Shown here one piece after another: positions 57,800 through 64,000 of a stretch of 64,000 nucleotides of DNA. Both the position numbers and the translations under genes were made by a program. The notes below the pieces were generated by a model. That model did no database searches. It was given only the letters and a program-made list of their open reading frames with translations, and was not told where the DNA came from. Each line of letters opens with the position of its first letter. Position 1 is the first letter of the stretch. Source of the DNA: the human T2T-CHM13v2.0 reference genome, Homo sapiens; assembly GCF_009914755.1 (NCBI RefSeq), contig NC_060940.1. One strand, 5' to 3'.

Positions 57800-57946
57800 T
57801 ATCTCAACTGAAAAACAACAGGGTGACCAGCCACCACTATCACATGCCACCCTAAATGAAAACTCAGATATCAAGGAACCACAGAAATGCAACACTCCCA
57901 TGGAAACCCCTCCAGCCTCATAAAGACAACGTGGGTGGGTACTTAC

Positions 57947-58103
57947 ATTGCAACAGCTGCTTGATGTTTTCCACAGACACGCGGCCCTCATTGCCGGTTA
58001 ACGCTTGAAGCTTATCCACCAGACCTTTCAGAGCCTCCACTGGGGATGACTTATCCCAGACCACTGCCACAAACTGGCCAGCAGAGATCCCAAAATCTGC
58101 CAT
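57947..58103 (-). CDS. CIAPIN1: CIAPIN1 first coding exon (exon extends through 5' UTR to ~58158)
   Basis: [52 protein letters not shown] plus T; donor GTAAGT. Upstream acceptor TTTGTCTCTGCCCAG at 58159-58160 implies a non-coding exon 1, not identified in this window. Confidence 0.96.
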
Positions 58104-58699
58104 TCTTGCAGTGCAGTACTGACAGACCTAAAAACTGCTGGCCAAAAGGGAATCAAGACTGGGCAGAGACAAAGTGCAATTTAATCTGTGAGATATCATA
58201 AAATATGATTAGAATCCCAACCTAACTTGTAACCGCCCACTAGGGAATGCTGACAACATTAGAAACTCTACTGTATATGCTAAAGAGTCTGAATACATGA
58301 ACCCCATTATCTCAAGTCTTCATAAGCCCAACATTCCCAAAGAAGGCAGATAGCTTCCTTGGTGAGAATCCTGACTTGGAAGAGTCAAGAAAGGGGATTA
58401 GAGGCAAGTAAGAAGGTTGGAGGCAGAAAGATGATTTCCTCTTTGACCTAAGATAATTCAGCATGAACGGAATGGAAAACACACAGGACATCAATTAGGC
58501 AAAGTGTGACTTGGCAAGGAAGGCAAATAAATTGACAGAAATAACCCAACCACAGATTCAATGTTTTTAAAAAGAAACAACACATTTAAATTTGCAAACT
58601 GAATACTGGTTATTTTCCCTTTCATCAAAATATGAAAATTTAATTCCACTGAATCTGCAGTGATCAAGAATACTTACTATGTCTGTACCATTTAATATT

Positions 58700-58905
58700 A
58701 GCTACATTGTTCAAAGCATCTTCTAAACATTATCTCAACTGAATCTCAGAACAGCCTTAAACTAGATATTATTACCATTTTACAGTCTGGAAACTGAGGC
58801 AATTTACGTTGCCCAAGTCACACAGCTAGTGAGTGCTACATGGATAAAGTGAGAGCTGGGATTTGAACCCAAATTCATCTGACTGTAAATCCCATGCTTT
58901 TAACC
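58700..58905 (-). mobile_element. MIR fragment
   Basis: CCATTTTACAG...GGAAACTGAGGC...TTGCCCAAGTCACACAGCTAGTGAGTG...GGATTTGAACCC. Confidence 0.75.
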
Positions 58906-59238
58906 TATGGAAATTTCCCTCCAGGGATCAACTTCCTCTTCCACTTGATACTTAGGTGAGTATATAATATGCTCACAAAGAAATTAGGTCAAGAGATAGT
59001 ACTCTACTCAGTTTCTCCTTTCTTTCTTAAACATTAATGACACCAGTTTCCAATTTAAAATAGCTCAAATAAATGAAACAAACAATTTGTGGTAGAGGAG
59101 TCAAAATGGATTAGTTTTATGTTGAACACTTCAGACTTCTGCAGAGGTGGCCAACTCAGTGGCAATCATGCCACCACAGATACAGACTGAATTCAAGCGA
59201 AGTCACTACACTCTTGTTTCTTTTAAAATGTTGACTTC

Positions 59239-59860
<622 letters not shown>

Positions 59861-60302
59861 CAAAGTTCACTTCAAGTAACTCTCCTCTTTGCCTACAAAA
59901 CATACTCAGGATGTTAAATATTTAACACTCAAGCATTAAATACTATAGCACTTTGATTTGTCACTCTTTTCCTAAAGGAGTTACTAAAGGTTTTATTTGC
60001 TAGACTGATGTCAATTAGCCTTCTGGATCCACGGCCTCCATAATCTGGCTCTACCTGTATCTCCCACCATTCCAAAGTGATCCCTCCTTATTCTATGAAA
60101 ACCCTTTGCATTTTCCCCTCATCATGCCTTTTATCTAGCTCCTTCCATATGATCCAACTGCAAGCGCCCCTAAAAGGATGCTAAGTGTTATCAGACAAGT
60201 AGGATTCTTTAGTCATTTAACTCTGTTTTCCTTAATGACAGAGGGCAAGTAAAAATGGAAAAAAAAAAAGAAAAAAAAATAATTAAAAAGACAATAATTC
60301 TG

Positions 60303-61091
<789 letters not shown>

Positions 61092-62400
61092 TAAGTTATA
61101 AGAAAAAAAAAATGACCTGTTTCTAGAATGATGTTGGAATAGGTTCTTCCTTGGGACAATAGAAAGGGATGAAAAAGACCCCACCTACTAGACTACCACA
61201 ACTTTGCACTGTACTTACAGAAAAACCCTCATAAAGGAAACGAAGGGCAAAAGCTTACTTATTAGCTAGAGAAAACAAGCCAAATGTCTAGACCTTTTCA
61301 GCAACATTTACGGAGGCTTTTATAGGGCACAGGTTTTGAGTGCAGATGACCTAGGGTTCTATTTACCACTGGATCTTATGGGCACATGACCATGGATAAG
61401 TTACTAGACTCTTTGAATTTGTTTTCTCATCAGTAAAGTAGGGATAAAAACCTCATATTTTGCGAGGCTGCTGTAAGAAGCAAATGAGAAGATAAAAATA
61501 AGCAAGGCACTCGGCAGGCTCTGGCACACAGAGCTCTGTAAAGTAATGTTCTAGAACTCTGGGCTTCCACTTCTCTGTGGCTAGTTTACCTGCCTTTGCT
61601 TCAAGCAGTCCTATAAAACCCTGCTTCTCCTTAGCCATGCCTGATAGGAGGACACTCCAGGGAGTGATGGGAACCTGCTTTTTCATTGTTAGAATTAGTG
61701 TAAGAGCTGCGCTTTATGATCTTTGGACAGTACTCCAGTGGGACTGTGTCAGTAAATTAGAAGAATGTAAAATGCTTTGCGTTCCGTATCTCCCAAAACT
61801 AATCTTATGGCAAGAGGAGCTTATGAACTACATTCATTAAACATCAACCCTCAAAAAACAGGCATAGCCACTACTTTCAGTCAGCATTTTTCAAATAAAA
61901 TAGGAGATAATATTCTTTTAAATATCTAAAGCCAAAGTGTGATACTTTTCATCATCAGAATTTTATGTTGCTGTTGTGAATTTGTCTTTTAAAACAAAAA
62001 AACCCGTAAGGAAAAAGTGTCCAGTATCTAAGACAACATGCTTAGAAGCTGTGAGTCAGGACCCAGTTTCATAATAAGAGGTAGCATCATTGTCACGTCA
62101 CTGAGCTTGTTGGGTACCTCTCCAACTCTGACTGAGGCACACACATGTGCATGGCCCTTCTAAAATGTTACTGGCAGGCAGTAAAAGCGGATGTCTGAGA
62201 ACAGACTGTTTTTTAGGTGCCCAGTAAGCATCAAATCTTGAGGCATTTGGTCTCTCTTCTGGTGAAAGGGGACAAAAGCAAAAAATAACACTGAAGTTTG
62301 GGCTTCAGTTCAAAAAATTCTTTAACTCGGGTGCATAAAAGAGTTCCAAGAATACTGACAGTTATCAGAAAGGAAAATCCTAATTAAAATTAACTAACTG

Positions 62401-62700
62401 GGCTGGGTGCAGTGACTCACACCTGTAATCCCACACTTTGGGAGGCTGAAGCAAGTGGATCACCTGAGGTCAGGAGTTCAAGACCAGCCTGGCCAACATG
62501 GAGAAAACCCGTCTCTACTAAAAATACAAAGATTAGCTGGGCATGGTGGCGTGCACCTGTAATCCCAGCTACTTGGTAGACTGAGGTAGGCAGAATTGCT
62601 TGAACTCAGGAGGCGGACGTTGTAGTGGACCAAGATCTTGCCACTGCACTCCAGCCAGGGAGACAGAGTGAGACTCCATCTCAAAATAAAAAAAAATTAA
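62401..62700 (+). mobile_element. AluS
   Basis: Full dimer; TSD TAAAATTAACTAACTG. Confidence 0.9.
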
Positions 62701-62998
62701 ATTAAAAACATAAAATTAACTAACTGAAGCTCTTGTGCACATACATGTCACTGCCTGGCCTCTGGGTGACCAGTACCAAGTGGGCCTAACCAGCCTGCTG
62801 TGCAATCCAAGTCAGCCATTGCCCCTCTCTGGGCCTCAGTTTCCCTGCCAGCTTTAGCAGAATGGTAGGAAGGCACAATTACAACCTGCAAATGAGACCT
62901 AAGAAACCTACTATGTGCCTGTCCCTACACGGGAGACAGACAAGAAGACACTTGTTCCCTGCCCTCAAGAGAACGCTCTGTCTAGACACTTAGACTAA

Positions 62999-63325
<327 letters not shown>

Positions 63326-64000
63326 TAAAAAGTGAGAATCAACAATGAAACAGGAACGTCTCCAGGCATTTGGCGTGTGTCAGGAATTAGGGTTTCAGAA
63401 AGGATACCCAAATGTTAGTTTCCACAGGAAAGGCTCATTCAAAGATGGATGGATAGAACTCAGAAACAAATCCTTATGGAGAGGAGTGTTTTACCTAAAA
63501 CCAGAAATATGGATCTAAAATTTTAACCTTTGGGGTAAGTTTTGGCTTAGGAGGTCTTCCCCGCACCCGTGCAGGGGGGAGCCGGATATTCTGAAAAGAC
63601 TAGATTTGACAAGGGGTGTGCAAAGCACAACTTTAACAGACACAATGATGGGGTCTGACTGCAAACACAAAATCGACAGAATCACATGCTCTTGTCGTCA
63701 GTTACTCTTAGCCCAAAAACCGTTTACTTCTTCCTACTAAGCCTTCTCTGATGACACCCCCGTGAAGTGCTCTGTTAGTGGCTAGACCGTGACCTCCTTG
63801 AGCCATCCAGAGCTTGGCACTCAGTAATGTCAGAATGAAGGGCACCAGCCTTTCCCGAACTTGCAGATCCTACAAATCACCCGAGGGAGTGGTTAAAATG
63901 AGATTCCTGGACCACACCCAGACCCACTCAATCAATCCTTCTGGACAAAGGCCTAGCTGTCTGTTCTAGTAACAAGCATCCTTCCGATCTGGATACTTAA

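Overview
Human genomic DNA from the 16q21 chemokine cluster, recognised from the encoded proteins. It contains the last coding bases and 3' UTR of CX3CL1 (+), the complete CCL17/TARC gene (+, three coding exons, 94 aa, with proximal and distal STAT6 site pairs), and all eight coding exons of CIAPIN1/anamorsin (-, 312 aa; its non-coding first exon appears to lie beyond the window). The rest is repeat-dense: about 45 Alus, a 5'-truncated HERV9/LTR12 provirus, a MER11 solo LTR, MaLR and ERV1 LTRs, L1/L2/MIR fragments, DNA-transposon relics and long simple repeats. Nearly all ORF-track entries are Alu or low-complexity artefacts. I found no convincing new biological system. The most unusual structures are: a ~200-bp unique-sequence inverted duplication anchored on two different Alus just downstream of CX3CL1; a pair of ~83%-identical inverted blocks bracketing CCL17; a truncated HERV9 with TG...CA ends and a 4-bp TSD in the loop of a hairpin target; an AluS/AluYb8 chimera; and in-frame alternative acceptors in CIAPIN1. 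Repeat subfamily names come from remembered consensus sequences, and repeat boundaries are approximate.
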